Assembly (NCBI GenBank): GCA_965279515.1
Contig: CBDIID010000003.1
Span: 1,888,001 to 1,952,000 of the forward strand
Length of the DNA stretch: 64,000 nt
Source: Turneriella sp.
GTDB taxonomy: Bacteria; Spirochaetota; Leptospiria; Turneriellales; Turneriellaceae
Reading direction: 5' to 3'
Shown here: positions 10,553 through 21,096 of the stretch, piece by piece
Numbering within the stretch: the stretch's first letter is position 1
Layout of the letters: the number at the start of each line of letters is the position of its first letter
Notes under the pieces: model-generated
The model's input: the letters and a program-made list of their open reading frames with translations, nothing else
What the model was told of the DNA's origin: nothing
Databases searched by the model: none
Position numbers and translations under genes: made by a program

Positions 10553-12316
10553 ATGAGCACGCTGCTGCGGTGGTGGAAGGGAGTCAGCGAGGTGGGCGTA
10601 ATTTACGCCCCCGATGTGCTCCATCAGAAACTGATTCGGCTGCAAAACCGGATCGCCTTTTTCTCGATCTGCCTGGTGGCGATTCAATCGGTACTTTTTT
10701 ACCGCATGGGGCTGACCTATGTCGTACTCGTCAACGCCGCAGCGATTCTGGGTTTTTTATCCTGCTTTGTCATGAATGCTGTGGGAGCCCTCACGCTCTC
10801 GCGGTTTTTTTATATCAGTATCGCGCTGTTTACCGTCACACACCACCATCTCTACTTCGGCCATCAGGCAGGTTTCTGGTTGTTCCTGCTGAATCTCACG
10901 CAGGCGGGCTTTATCCTGTTTCCCCAACTCAGCATGCGCCAATTGCTCATGGTTGGGATACTGATTTCCGCGGGACTCATCGGTCTGGTGTTGTGGAGCA
11001 TGAGCGTTCCCCCGCTCTACGATGGCATGAACACCGCACTCGGACTACAATTGTTTCGCAACAACCTGATCCGCAGTCCCATTCTGCTGGTGCTGGTGGC
11101 TTATTATCTTGTCGCCGAAAACCGCAGCTCTGAAGCAGAGCTGGTATTTTCGGCCAGTAAGGAGGCCGAAGCGGCAAAGGCGAAATCCTTTTTTCTTTCG
11201 AATATTTCCCACGAACTGCGCACGCCGATGAATGCCATCAAGGGTTTTTCGGAAATCCTCTATGAGCAGTGCAACGCCATCCGCGACGAAAGGATGCAGA
11301 TCCAGTTCAAGGAGCACCTCGGCCAGATACGTATTTCATCGGCGAACCTGACTTCGATCATCGACGACCTGCTCGATTTCGCGCGTATCGAATCGGGGCG
11401 CATCGCCTTTCGCAGCAATGACTTTGACCTGCAGGAGGTCGCACAGAATACGATGCATACCGCCGAATTTTACGGCCACCGCGGCAAGGGCATAGAAACC
11501 CGGTTAACCCTCGAGCCGAACCTGCCGCGCGTGCTCAAGGGCGATGCCGCGCGGCTCAGCCAGATACTGCTGAACCTCGTCGGCAATGCCATGAAGTTTA
11601 CCCACAAGGGACATGTCGAATTACGCATCAGCCTGAGAGAAGAAAGTCAAAGCGCCTATAGAATCAACTTCGAGGTTGAAGATACCGGGATCGGTATTCC
11701 AGGTGAAAAACTGCCCTATTTGTTCGATAGCCTGTCACCGGTCTCACGCGAAACCGCAATCCGTTATGGTGGCATGGGCCTTGGGCTGGCAATTTCAAAA
11801 AATCTCGTCGAAATGCAGGGCGGATCCATCACCGTGATGAGTAGCCCCGGCAAGGGCGCGCTCTTTACCGTCGACCTGTGGTTTGAAAAGGGCGGCAACG
11901 CGGCGGCTGCCGAGAAGACCGCAGGGCGCGATCTTAAGCGCGCAAAGATTCTCGTCGCCGAAGACAACGATGTAAACCAGATTCTTGTGCAGACGCTGCT
12001 CGAATCGTGGAATGCCGATATCGAGATCGTCGAGAACGGGCTCAAGGCGCTGGGCGAAGCACAAAAAAACAGCTATGACCTCATTCTGATGGATCTACAG
12101 ATGCCGTTTATGGACGGCATCGAAGCCTGCGAGCAGATTCGCCTGCTCGACGACAAGGGAAAATCCTCGGTACCCATCATTGCGCTGACGGCAGATGTGC
12201 TCAGCGAAACGCGCCGCAAGGTATTTGCCGTCGGCATGAATGATATTGTCACTAAGCCGATTAACCAGGCCGAGCTTTATGCAGCGCTCAGGAAAGGTCT
12301 GAATCTGAAGGAATAA
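10553..12316 (+). CDS. Hybrid sensor histidine kinase / receiver
   Basis: TM region, SHELRTPMN, NLVGNAMKFT, DTGIG, GMGLGL, AEDN...MDLQMP...KP. Confidence 0.93.
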   Translation: MSTLLRWWKGVSEVGVIYAPDVLHQKLIRLQNRIAFFSICLVAIQSVLFYRMGLTYVVLVNAAAILGFLSCFVMNAVGALTLSRFFYISIALFTVTHHHLYFGHQAGFWLFLLNLTQAGFILFPQLSMRQLLMVGILISAGLIGLVLWSMSVPPLYDGMNTALGLQLFRNNLIRSPILLVLVAYYLVAENRSSEAELVFSASKEAEAAKAKSFFLSNISHELRTPMNAIKGFSEILYEQCNAIRDERMQIQFKEHLGQIRISSANLTSIIDDLLDFARIESGRIAFRSNDFDLQEVAQNTMHTAEFYGHRGKGIETRLTLEPNLPRVLKGDAARLSQILLNLVGNAMKFTHKGHVELRISLREESQSAYRINFEVEDTGIGIPGEKLPYLFDSLSPVSRETAIRYGGMGLGLAISKNLVEMQGGSITVMSSPGKGALFTVDLWFEKGGNAAAAEKTAGRDLKRAKILVAEDNDVNQILVQTLLESWNADIEIVENGLKALGEAQKNSYDLILMDLQMPFMDGIEACEQIRLLDDKGKSSVPIIALTADVLSETRRKVFAVGMNDIVTKPINQAELYAALRKGLNLKE

Positions 12317-13340
12317 CTTCTGCTGCGGCGGCACTTAAATGTTTCTGCACCTCGCCATAGACCTGGTCGGCAGTGAGCTCGCGGGCGCAGCGGAAATGTT
12401 TTTTGGGACAGGCATCGAGCCCTTTATGGTTGCAGGGCCGGCAGGGGATGTTGCGTGCCGCCAAAACCTCGGCGTTTTTACCCAACGGAAAAAAACCGAA
12501 TTCTTCTACGGTGCTCAGGAACAGCGCAATCAGCGGGGTTTGGGCGGCCGATAACAGGTGCATGAGGCCGCTATCGTTGCAGACAATTACCTGGGCGGCG
12601 TCGGCAAGCGCCGCCATCTGGCCGACGTCGAGCTGCCCGGCGAGAAACAGCATGCGTTTCATATGCCGGCTCAGGTAAGGATGTTTTGTTAAGAATCCGA
12701 ACAGTTCGGTTTCGTCGGGGCCGCCCAGCCAGATGATTTTTTTAGCCGGGTGTTTCTCGAGTATTTTTGAAGCCAGCGAAACAAAATATTCTTCAGGCCA
12801 CCTTTTTGTCGCCCAACGTGCGCCTGGCGCAATGAGGATAGCCCCTTCGGCAAAACGCACCAACGGTTTCAGGAGTTTGCCGCGTTTCAGCGTAACGCCT
12901 TCTGTCAGCGGTTTATCGTCGAGATCGTGGATTGCCTCAAGGTAACGTTCGCTGATTTTCTTTTTTTCTGTATAACGGTTCTTCTTGAGATAAACCAGCA
13001 GAAGCCGGTTCAGGTATGGCTTATGGTAGCGCCGCTTGAGCCCGGCATCGAGCAGCAGCGAAAGTATGCGGGTTTTCAGGTTGCTCTGCAGATCGACGAG
13101 CAGGTCGAAACGCACTCCCAACGCCGCGATCTTTTTCTTTGCATCAAACAGACCCTCGCCAGGCTTCCACTGAATCAGCTCATTGACATCGGGCGAGGCC
13201 GCAACGAAGGCCGCATATTTTTCTTTCACAAGAAAATGAATTCGCGCTTCGGGATAGAGTTTCCTGAGGCGCGCCAAAACCGGCGTTGTCAGCAGTACAT
13301 CCCCGATGGCGCTGAGGCGTATGACGAGAATATTTTTCAT
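12288..13340 (-). CDS. Glycosyltransferase family 9 (heptosyltransferase-like)
   Basis: IRLSAIGDVLLTTP, APGARWATKRWP, NDSGLMHL, CRPC. Confidence 0.9.
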   Translation of the reverse strand: MKNILVIRLSAIGDVLLTTPVLARLRKLYPEARIHFLVKEKYAAFVAASPDVNELIQWKPGEGLFDAKKKIAALGVRFDLLVDLQSNLKTRILSLLLDAGLKRRYHKPYLNRLLLVYLKKNRYTEKKKISERYLEAIHDLDDKPLTEGVTLKRGKLLKPLVRFAEGAILIAPGARWATKRWPEEYFVSLASKILEKHPAKKIIWLGGPDETELFGFLTKHPYLSRHMKRMLFLAGQLDVGQMAALADAAQVIVCNDSGLMHLLSAAQTPLIALFLSTVEEFGFFPLGKNAEVLAARNIPCRPCNHKGLDACPKKHFRCARELTADQVYGEVQKHLSAAAAEVIPSDSDLS

Positions 13341-13963
13341 GCGGCGATTGCCTCGCTCAAAGCATCGAAGTCGGCCGCCAGCAGCGCCCCGGTTTTTTCG
13401 ATGACCGTCGCTTCGGGGCGCGCGCGCCGGAACAAGGTCATTGCCGCGCCATAACGTCTCGCGATCTGGGAGAGTTTCAGCTCGCTCTCAAAGACGTCGA
13501 GTGCGGCGCGGCCGCTGAGGCGTTCGAGTGCATCTTTCACAGGTAGGTTCAGGAAAATGACGGTATCCGGCGTCAAGATGCGCGTATTCGCGAGGTAATC
13601 CGCCATAATTTTTTCGGTTTCGGCGACTGAAGCTGCCTGGTATGCCGCCGTCGATAAAAAATAACGGTCGAGCAGCACGACCGCGCCCGAGGCGAGAGCC
13701 GGCTTGATTTGGTTCTCAATATCCCAGATGCGGTCGATGAGAAAAAGATCGAGCAACTCGCGGCTGATGCGTTCGTTGATTTCCTTAACGGTTCTCAGAA
13801 TCCGGCGGATTTCGCGCGACGCGTCAGTTTTTTCCGTCGGCTCGCGCAGCATCACGGCATTCACTCCCCTGAGCGAAAGGCGTTTATGGATCTCGAGCGC
13901 GGCTGTGCTTTTACCGCTGCCATCAATCCCCTCAAAAACCACGAAGCGCCCTTGTTGTGACAT
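13337..13963 (-). CDS. tmk: Thymidylate kinase
   Basis: FEGIDGSGKST, REP, LDRYFLSTAAYQ; ATG at 13963 overlaps the SDR stop (TGATG). Confidence 0.92.
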   Translation of the reverse strand: MSQQGRFVVFEGIDGSGKSTAALEIHKRLSLRGVNAVMLREPTEKTDASREIRRILRTVKEINERISRELLDLFLIDRIWDIENQIKPALASGAVVLLDRYFLSTAAYQAASVAETEKIMADYLANTRILTPDTVIFLNLPVKDALERLSGRAALDVFESELKLSQIARRYGAAMTLFRRARPEATVIEKTGALLAADFDALSEAIAA

Positions 13964-14793
13964 CAGCCGCTGATGCCTTTCATGAGACCCCATTTCCACA
14001 TGCGCGAGACGGCGAAGTCTAACGTTTCAGGCGCGAGTTTTTTTGCAAAATACATCGCCTGCGCATCTTCTGCCGAAGGCATGATGGCGATATTTTTGCG
14101 GATGGCCTTCATGGCATCGCGCGCGATGCGGTCGGGTGATATGCCGCGCTTCGCGTAAAACTCGGCGATGCCCTGCTTCGCCGTCGCTTCGGCAGTGCGC
14201 ATTCTGCCGGCGTTGATGATATTCGTATTCACAATACCCGGGCAGAGTGCACTGACGCCGATATCGTGCTTATGGAGTTCGAGGCGAAGCGATTCGGCAA
14301 ACCCGGTCATGGCATATTTGGTCATGCAGTAGGCGCTCATCGCCGGTGCGGGCACAAGGCCTGCGATACTGCTTGTAATCAGCACGTGACCTGGTTTTTT
14401 CTGCTCCATCATCTTTGGTATAAAGAGCTGCGCCATAAAAATATTCGCCCAGAGATTACGGTCGATAATCCAGCGCCAGTCGTCGAAGGTCATTTTTTCA
14501 ATGGGTGATCCGAGCCCCACACCGACATTGAGGCAGAGAATCTGCGGTGTGCCGTTTTTCTCAGAATATAATTTCAGGAATTTTTCGTTCTCGGCCTCAA
14601 GGGTGTGGTCCACTTTAAAGGAAGAATTACCGCCAGCGATGGCGTTGAGCTCAGACAAAACACTTGTTAACTTTTCTTCGTTGATGTCCGTGATGGTGAC
14701 GGATGCACCTTCTCGGGCCAGCGCCAGCGCGAGGCTGCGGCCGATACCCGAGGCCCCCCCGGTAACAATCGCTGAAGCGCCCCGGATTTCCAT
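13963..14793 (-). CDS. Short-chain dehydrogenase/reductase
   Basis: TGGASGIG, YCMTK, CPGIVNT. Confidence 0.92.
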   Translation of the reverse strand: MEIRGASAIVTGGASGIGRSLALALAREGASVTITDINEEKLTSVLSELNAIAGGNSSFKVDHTLEAENEKFLKLYSEKNGTPQILCLNVGVGLGSPIEKMTFDDWRWIIDRNLWANIFMAQLFIPKMMEQKKPGHVLITSSIAGLVPAPAMSAYCMTKYAMTGFAESLRLELHKHDIGVSALCPGIVNTNIINAGRMRTAEATAKQGIAEFYAKRGISPDRIARDAMKAIRKNIAIMPSAEDAQAMYFAKKLAPETLDFAVSRMWKWGLMKGISG

Positions 14794-14913
14794 ACGTCGA
14801 AAAGAAAATTTGCAACGCGCGATACAGCATAAAAGCTAAATGGATTTTTGCGGCGCATACCAGCTTTTAGCGGATTTCAGTTGCACCACTGTTCCACTGT
14901 TTTATTTACGCCG

Positions 14914-16824
14914 ATGGCAAACTTGAATAAGTACACGATGTACGAACTACTGATCACGGCGATGAAAGATCATCCGACGGCGATAGCGCAGATGTATCGG
15001 CCAGATAAGAACGAGCCCTACACAAAAGTAAGCTATACTGAATTCTTCGACAAGGCGCGCGCGATCAGCCTCGGCCTCGATGCAATCGGTCTTAAACGCG
15101 GAGACAAAGTCGGATTCATTGCCGACGTGGGCCAAACGTGGTTGCCGGTCAGCATGGGTATTAACGCCATCGGTGGCGTCGACGTGCCCCGGGGCACAGA
15201 CGCAACACCGCAGGAACTCCTCTATATTTTTAAACATGCTGATTGTCCGGTCATCATTCTGGATAATGAAAAAGTTTTCAACAGTATCTCGGCGAAACTT
15301 GGTGAATTCTCAAATCTCAAGACCATCATCTTTGTAAACCCGGCAACGCCACAGGTTCCGGGTCACATCAAGATCTACAGTCTCGATGAAATCATCGCCA
15401 GCGGCCGCAGCGTGCAGGCATCACAGCCAAATCGGTTTGCAGAACTCGGTAATGCGGTTTCTGAAGAAGAGCTCGCCACAATCATCTACACCTCAGGGAC
15501 AACGGGAAATCCCAAAGGTGTTATGCACACAAATAAATCCCTGAGTTGGGAAATTTCGCACGCCGCCGACGACATCCATTTCAAACCGAATGGTGTTACG
15601 ATGGGCTTTCTGCCGCCTTGGCACGTCGCCGAACGTCTGATCGAATCGGTGGCCCTGACGAAAGGTTGCGCGATTGCGTTTACCGCCGTGCCCACACTGG
15701 CTAAAGATTTACAGGAAGCACGCCCGACCTTTCTATTGTCAGTACCCCGCGTCTGGGAAAGCCTTTACAACCGTGTTCTCGACAATGTGAAGAAGGCCTC
15801 ACCGATCGCGCGCGCACTCTTTAATTTTTCGCGCTGGTCGGCCATGCATTTTTCAATCGAAAAAGACATTCTTGCGAACCGCAAGTACCGACTGACAAAG
15901 CCATCGGTCCTTTTCCATCTGTTCCGCCGCCCGCTCGCCTTGATTGCAATGTTGTGGCTATTGATACCAAATCTTCTGGCGCAATTGATTCTGGGCAAAG
16001 TCCGTAAGGGATTGGGCGGACGCGTTGAATTTGCGCTTTCAGGCGCCGGCGCGCTGCCCGAACACATCGACCGTTTCTTTTATTCGATTGGGGTTGCCAT
16101 TGTCGAAACCTATGGTATGACTGAAACGGTCGGCGTTACCTGCCGCCGGAGTTATCCTGGTACCGTCATCGGCACTGTCGGCAAGACGATCGCGGGCACG
16201 AAAGTGAAGCTGCTCGACGAACATGGCAACGAAATCACAGAGCCCAACATTAAGGGTGTATGCTGGCACTATGGCCCACACATCATGAAAGGCTACTATA
16301 AAGAAGAACAGAAAACCGCTGAGATCCTGAAGGACGGCTGGCTGAATTCCGGCGACATTCTCATCTATACGGCGAACGGCGAGCTGAAATTTGCGGGTCG
16401 CGCGAAAGACACAATCGTACTCATTGGCGGCGAGAACGTCGAGCCGCAGCCCATCGAAGATACGCTGATCCAGAGTGAGTACATCCACCAGGTTGTCGTC
16501 GTTGGCCAGGATAAAAAATCGCTCGGTGCCTTGATCGTGCCTGCGAAAGAAGCGGTACAGAAGTACGCCAGCGAGCAGAAAATCACATTACCGGCTGAGA
16601 TGCGCGACTGGCCGCTGAACCCCGAGATTCAGAAACTCTTTAAGGCCCAGATCAAAGAACGCGTATCCGAAAAAGCCGGTTTCAAGAGCTTCGAAAAAGT
16701 CAATGCCTTCACGGTGATTCCCGATGAATTTAAGATCGGCGAAGAACTGACGCAGACATTGAAAGTCCGCCGCAACGTGGTATTCGACAAGTACGCGAAG
16801 CAGATCGAAGAAATGTATAAATAA
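14914..16824 (+). CDS. Long-chain acyl-CoA synthetase (AMP-binding)
   Basis: YTSGTTGNPKG, YGMTE, SGD, GRAKDTIVLIGGENVEP, TLKVRR. Confidence 0.92.
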   Translation: MANLNKYTMYELLITAMKDHPTAIAQMYRPDKNEPYTKVSYTEFFDKARAISLGLDAIGLKRGDKVGFIADVGQTWLPVSMGINAIGGVDVPRGTDATPQELLYIFKHADCPVIILDNEKVFNSISAKLGEFSNLKTIIFVNPATPQVPGHIKIYSLDEIIASGRSVQASQPNRFAELGNAVSEEELATIIYTSGTTGNPKGVMHTNKSLSWEISHAADDIHFKPNGVTMGFLPPWHVAERLIESVALTKGCAIAFTAVPTLAKDLQEARPTFLLSVPRVWESLYNRVLDNVKKASPIARALFNFSRWSAMHFSIEKDILANRKYRLTKPSVLFHLFRRPLALIAMLWLLIPNLLAQLILGKVRKGLGGRVEFALSGAGALPEHIDRFFYSIGVAIVETYGMTETVGVTCRRSYPGTVIGTVGKTIAGTKVKLLDEHGNEITEPNIKGVCWHYGPHIMKGYYKEEQKTAEILKDGWLNSGDILIYTANGELKFAGRAKDTIVLIGGENVEPQPIEDTLIQSEYIHQVVVVGQDKKSLGALIVPAKEAVQKYASEQKITLPAEMRDWPLNPEIQKLFKAQIKERVSEKAGFKSFEKVNAFTVIPDEFKIGEELTQTLKVRRNVVFDKYAKQIEEMYK

Positions 16825-16848
16825 GGTTTTTTAAGGGGGTATTTCATA

Positions 16849-17817
16849 TTAGATAGCCCGAAGCAGTTTTTCCAGTTCGGCAGTGACGGTTTGGCTACGG
16901 CGCTGCATCATGCGCGCCGCGTCTTCGATGAATTTTGAACGGTCGTAGATTTTAGTCTCACCCCACAGAAAAGGGCGAAAATATCCCGAGCGGTGCGATA
17001 GGCCGAAAAGGTTAGCTCCCACATCGATAATCGAACCCGTACCGAGCATGGTACCGATCGCCGTCTTCGCATAATCGCCGATGATCGAGCCGAATTTGAT
17101 CGTACCCGCGGGGTATTTGTTATCCCGGAAGGTCAGGCGCACCTCGCCGTAATTATTCTTGAGATCCGATGTCGTCGTCAGCGCGCCCAGATTCACCCAA
17201 TCGCCGACCAGGGAATGCCCCAGGAAACCCTCATGGTGCTTGTTGGAAAAATCGCCGATGATCGAATCGGCGATTTCACCGCCCAGCCGGCAATTCTCTC
17301 CGGCAATCGCATTGGAAAAGCGGCAGGCATCGAGCTGGGTCTTTTGGCCGATGTAAGCCGGCCCACGCACAAAGGAAAATGCGCCGACGACCGCGCCGGC
17401 ATCGATAACGATCGGCCCCGCTTCGGTGTTAAAACCGGCAAACCGGGAGATTCGGGCGCTGGAGTGCACCCGGCAATTTGCCGCATCACCTTCGACGAGC
17501 GCCGCCGGGCCTGCTTCAAAGCCATTCCCCAAAAACGCCAAATCGGCGGAGATCTGATTTCCCATATTTGCCAGAAGCGCAGCGGGATGAATCACGGGGT
17601 TTTCGCTCTCGGCATTGGACCAGCTTATTTCGCCTGAGACATGGTGCAGCGCCGTGAGGGTGGCGACTTCCGCCTGTTGCCGCCGCGTTGTCACGGGCAC
17701 AGGCGCCTGGTTTTGCCTGCGCCCTCGTTCCCACGGTGAAAAAATTCCGTCGCGCAGCAGGAAAAACGGCTTCAGGCGCAGCAGCGGAGTGAGCGTTTCT
17801 TGAAAAAGATCTGTCAC
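16849..17817 (-). CDS. GlmU-related left-handed beta-helix protein (sugar-phosphate transferase-like)
   Basis: GPAYIG, GGEI, SNKHHEGFLGHSLVGDWVNLGA, SDLKNNYG, hexapeptide repeats. Confidence 0.8.
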   Translation of the reverse strand: MTDLFQETLTPLLRLKPFFLLRDGIFSPWERGRRQNQAPVPVTTRRQQAEVATLTALHHVSGEISWSNAESENPVIHPAALLANMGNQISADLAFLGNGFEAGPAALVEGDAANCRVHSSARISRFAGFNTEAGPIVIDAGAVVGAFSFVRGPAYIGQKTQLDACRFSNAIAGENCRLGGEIADSIIGDFSNKHHEGFLGHSLVGDWVNLGALTTTSDLKNNYGEVRLTFRDNKYPAGTIKFGSIIGDYAKTAIGTMLGTGSIIDVGANLFGLSHRSGYFRPFLWGETKIYDRSKFIEDAARMMQRRSQTVTAELEKLLRAI

Positions 17818-18603
17818 TTATTGCAGGGTACGTACCAGGTCGAGAATGTGGTAAAAGTATGTACTGAGATTGTGCCCCGACAGCAAGGAGTGCACACCGA
17901 TCATGACCAGCGACGCACCGACGGGTATCGTCAGGTTATCATCCAGCAGACCCTCGTGGCTGACAAATTCGATGAGCAGTGCGGCGATCGAACCTAGCAC
18001 CAGCGTCAGCCAGTTTTCCAGGCGGATGCCGTGGATATCCCACAGCACGTAATCCGACGGGTATTGGATGGCCGAAATGAGCAGGAGAAAGACCAGGCCA
18101 GCAAGGAAGGCGCCCGCCATACCACCGAGTGTGCCCTGCAAACTCTTGCCGTTATAAAAACGGATGGTGCCGAATTTACCGCCGACGAGTGCCGCCGCCG
18201 GATCACCAAAGGTCAGAAACAAGATCGAAAGGATGGCGATCTCGCGCGGAAAAAAGCCGACGACGAGGCAGAGCGCAAGAATATACGGCACGCTGCCATG
18301 CATCTTGTCGGCTTCTTTGCCCTTAAGCATCGGGCCTGCGACCTTGAGGAAAAGGTCTTGCCAGAGCTTAAAACGGAAGCGGAGGAATTCGATGATAAAA
18401 AAAACAATCGTGACAATGCCCGTGATCCAGAAAATGATGGAGCGCGTCGTCTCTTTGAACTTCCACGGGCTGACGCCGTCGAGGACGTTAAAAAAATAGC
18501 AGAACGGAATAATGAGCCCGATCAGGTGAAATAACTTGCGGGCATAGTTGAACTTGTCGCCCGGTTTATTGTCTTTGCTGAAAAGTTTTTTGGGTTCTGC
18601 CAT
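17818..18603 (-). CDS. Dolichol/phytol kinase-like CTP-dependent polyprenol kinase
   Basis: RKLFH, GDPAAALVG, GKSLQG, DDNLTIP; multiple TM helices. Confidence 0.85.
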   Translation of the reverse strand: MAEPKKLFSKDNKPGDKFNYARKLFHLIGLIIPFCYFFNVLDGVSPWKFKETTRSIIFWITGIVTIVFFIIEFLRFRFKLWQDLFLKVAGPMLKGKEADKMHGSVPYILALCLVVGFFPREIAILSILFLTFGDPAAALVGGKFGTIRFYNGKSLQGTLGGMAGAFLAGLVFLLLISAIQYPSDYVLWDIHGIRLENWLTLVLGSIAALLIEFVSHEGLLDDNLTIPVGASLVMIGVHSLLSGHNLSTYFYHILDLVRTLQ

Positions 18604-18657
18604 GCTTCGATACGCTCCGTTACACTCCGCTACTCAGCACAGGTTCCCCCTGACAGC

Positions 18658-19011
18658 CTAGCCCAGAAGTTTTTCTGCGGCCATGCGCGACTGCGCGTAA
18701 GAAAACATTTCGGTAAAACCGGTCATGCTGACGACCTGCTGCACCCGGGCTGAAGGCTGAATCAATGCCAATTTTTTGCCGCTGCGCGACAGCTGCTCGC
18801 TCATTTCGAAGAGCAGGCCGATTCCGGTAGAGACGATGAGTTCGACTTCGCTGAGATCGAGAAGCACGTGGTTCTTGGTCGCGGCATCGAGGAACTTGCG
18901 GCGCACCTCGTGCGTATTCTGGGAATTCATGGCCCCAATGATTTTAAAGAACGTATACGTCTGGGCTTTTTCTTCGATAACCTGAAATTGTTGCTCGGAA
19001 GGCGTTGGCAT
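18658..19011 (-). CDS. STAS-domain anti-sigma-factor antagonist
   Basis: LDLSEVELIVSTGIGLL...VQQVVSMTGF. Confidence 0.85.
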   Translation of the reverse strand: MPTPSEQQFQVIEEKAQTYTFFKIIGAMNSQNTHEVRRKFLDAATKNHVLLDLSEVELIVSTGIGLLFEMSEQLSRSGKKLALIQPSARVQQVVSMTGFTEMFSYAQSRMAAEKLLG

Positions 19012-19138
19012 CGGATTGGCAATCTGACACTGTCAGGCAGACGAGCAAGGAAAAAATGCCTGCCATGCTGCGAATAGGCCGAAATCCCCGCCCTGTGCAA
19101 TCCACTTGACGCGACGCACCAAAGCACGATGCCCGCGG

Positions 19139-20350
19139 ATGCTCGCTGCGCTTCTGTCTCTGGTAAACGCCGGGGCCGGTCTCGACGCCCACCGCCGCCG
19201 CTACGTCGTCAATACGAACGTCTACGCGCTCATCGTCATTGCCATAACGCTCCCCTATCCTTTTATTTACCTCTACCTGCACGTCGACGTCGACCCGCTC
19301 ATTCTTTCGGGCTCGCTGATTTTTCTCGCCGCCTATTCCGGGGTAATTTTTTTGAATTACCTGACCCTGCATACCCTGGCGAAGCTGCTGTTTTTTGCGG
19401 CGGTGCTCTGCCAGCTGTTCTCGATCTGCGTGATCTTCGGTAAGGGCACGGGGCTCGACCAGTTTTTCTATGCGGCCTTTGTGGGGATCTTCTTCGTCGT
19501 CGACCGGCACCAGAAGATCATGATTATTCCTTCGCTGGCGGTGCTGGCGGCGGAATACCTGCTCATACAATACATCAACGCGTATATTGATCCGCTCGTA
19601 AAAATCTCGCCCGCTACCGCGACGATCATCAGCTATATCTCATCGGGCTCGGTGTTCTCGCTACTCGGCCTGCAGTGCCTGTTTTTTTACTGGGGAAATC
19701 TCAAAGCGGAAACGGATCTCGAAACCGCGCGGCGGCAATCTGACCAGCTGCTGCTGAATATTCTGCCCGAGCCGATTGCCGACGAGCTGAAAAAAACCGG
19801 CGCTGTCGAACCGGTCGAGCACGACTCCGTGACGGTGGTTTTCACCGATTTTGTCGGCTTCACCGCGAGTTCCGAATCGCGCAACCCGACCGATCTCTTG
19901 CGTGATCTCGACGACTGTTTCTCGGCCTTCGATGCGATCATTGAAAAACACGGGCTGGAGAAACTGAAGACGATTGGCGACGCCTACATGTTTGCAGGTG
20001 GTGTGCCGACTGATCTCGCCGACAACGCGGCGCAGTGCATTCTCGCGGCAAAAGAAATCGTCGCCTATGTCGAAAAACGCCGGTCGGATAACCCGCGTTT
20101 CTGGCAGATCCGCGTGGGCGTGCACACGGGGCATCTGATCGCGGGCGTGATTGGCCGCAAAAAATTCATCTACGACGTCTGGGGTGATACGGTCAACACG
20201 GCAAGCCGGCTCGAAGCGGCAGGCGAGCCGGGGCGGATCAACACCTCGGCGGCGACCTATGATTTAATTAAGAAAAAATTCACCTGCACACCGCGCGGCG
20301 AGATTGCAGTGAAGGGCAAGGGTCCGCTAACGATGTACTTCGTGGAATAG
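19139..20350 (+). CDS. Membrane class III adenylate/guanylate cyclase (alternative TTG start at 19106)
   Basis: LLLNILP, FTDFVGFT, KTIGDAYM, YDVWGDTVNTASRLE, VKGKG. Confidence 0.93.
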   Translation: MLAALLSLVNAGAGLDAHRRRYVVNTNVYALIVIAITLPYPFIYLYLHVDVDPLILSGSLIFLAAYSGVIFLNYLTLHTLAKLLFFAAVLCQLFSICVIFGKGTGLDQFFYAAFVGIFFVVDRHQKIMIIPSLAVLAAEYLLIQYINAYIDPLVKISPATATIISYISSGSVFSLLGLQCLFFYWGNLKAETDLETARRQSDQLLLNILPEPIADELKKTGAVEPVEHDSVTVVFTDFVGFTASSESRNPTDLLRDLDDCFSAFDAIIEKHGLEKLKTIGDAYMFAGGVPTDLADNAAQCILAAKEIVAYVEKRRSDNPRFWQIRVGVHTGHLIAGVIGRKKFIYDVWGDTVNTASRLEAAGEPGRINTSAATYDLIKKKFTCTPRGEIAVKGKGPLTMYFVE

Positions 20351-20473
20351 GCCTTGTCTGAAATGGGCGAAAAACTTCTTCCGAACGCCCCTGAGGGCCT
20401 GGCCCCTTTTGAACCTCCTCGACTTTTGAACAAAAATGGCTTGAAACCGCATTTGAACAGTATGTTTGAGCAC

Positions 20474-20704
20474 ATGCAAGGGACTTTACATAGGTATGTG
20501 GAAATAGACCCGGCTAAATACGACGGGAAGCCCGTAATTACGGGTACTCGAGTGCCCGTTCAGGCCCTCGTGATGCATTATCGGTCAGGTATGCTCTTAG
20601 AGGAAATACTTGAAGGGTACCCGAACATTACCTCAGCCCAGTTATTTGATGCATTAAGCTACTATTTTGATAATAAAACCGCGATCGATGCCGAATTAGA
20701 ATGA
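20474..20704 (+). CDS. DUF433-family antitoxin
   Basis: DPAKYDGKPVITGTRVPV...EEILEGYPNITSAQLFDALSYY. Confidence 0.9.
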   Translation: MQGTLHRYVEIDPAKYDGKPVITGTRVPVQALVMHYRSGMLLEEILEGYPNITSAQLFDALSYYFDNKTAIDAELE

Positions 20705-21036
20705 TTCGGCTGTATTTGGACGAGGACGTCCACAAGCAAGTAGCCCTTGCTCTCAGGCTAAGAGGGTATGATGTTGTGAGCGTTCATGAGCTGGAAATGT
20801 GGAATTTATCAGACGAAGAACAGCTAGCTTTCGCCACTCAAGACCACAGGGCGATATTCACGTTTAACCGCGGAGATTTTGCCAAATTACATGAGAATTG
20901 GCTATCTTTAGGGAAGAGCCACAACGGCATAATTACCAGTAAGCAACTTACACTTTCCGAAACAATTCAGAGGCTGAACAGGCTTCTATATGCGAAAAAG
21001 GCAGCAGAAATCGAAAACCAGCTTATTTGGTTATGA
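20701..21036 (+). CDS. DUF5615 (VapC45-like) PIN toxin
   Basis: LYLDEDV...LRLRGYDV...SDEEQLAFA...FTFNRGDF...HNGII; ATGA overlap with the antitoxin. Confidence 0.88.
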   Translation: MIRLYLDEDVHKQVALALRLRGYDVVSVHELEMWNLSDEEQLAFATQDHRAIFTFNRGDFAKLHENWLSLGKSHNGIITSKQLTLSETIQRLNRLLYAKKAAEIENQLIWL

Positions 21037-21096
21037 CTACGCAAGGTCAATATTCGAGCTTACGGGGCGAAGTTCATTAGTCCAATCGCCCACTTC

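Noticed and set aside
20354..20473. N-terminal extension of the DUF433 protein from TTG 20354
   Set aside because: That TTG is the cassette boundary; the family domain starts near 20474.
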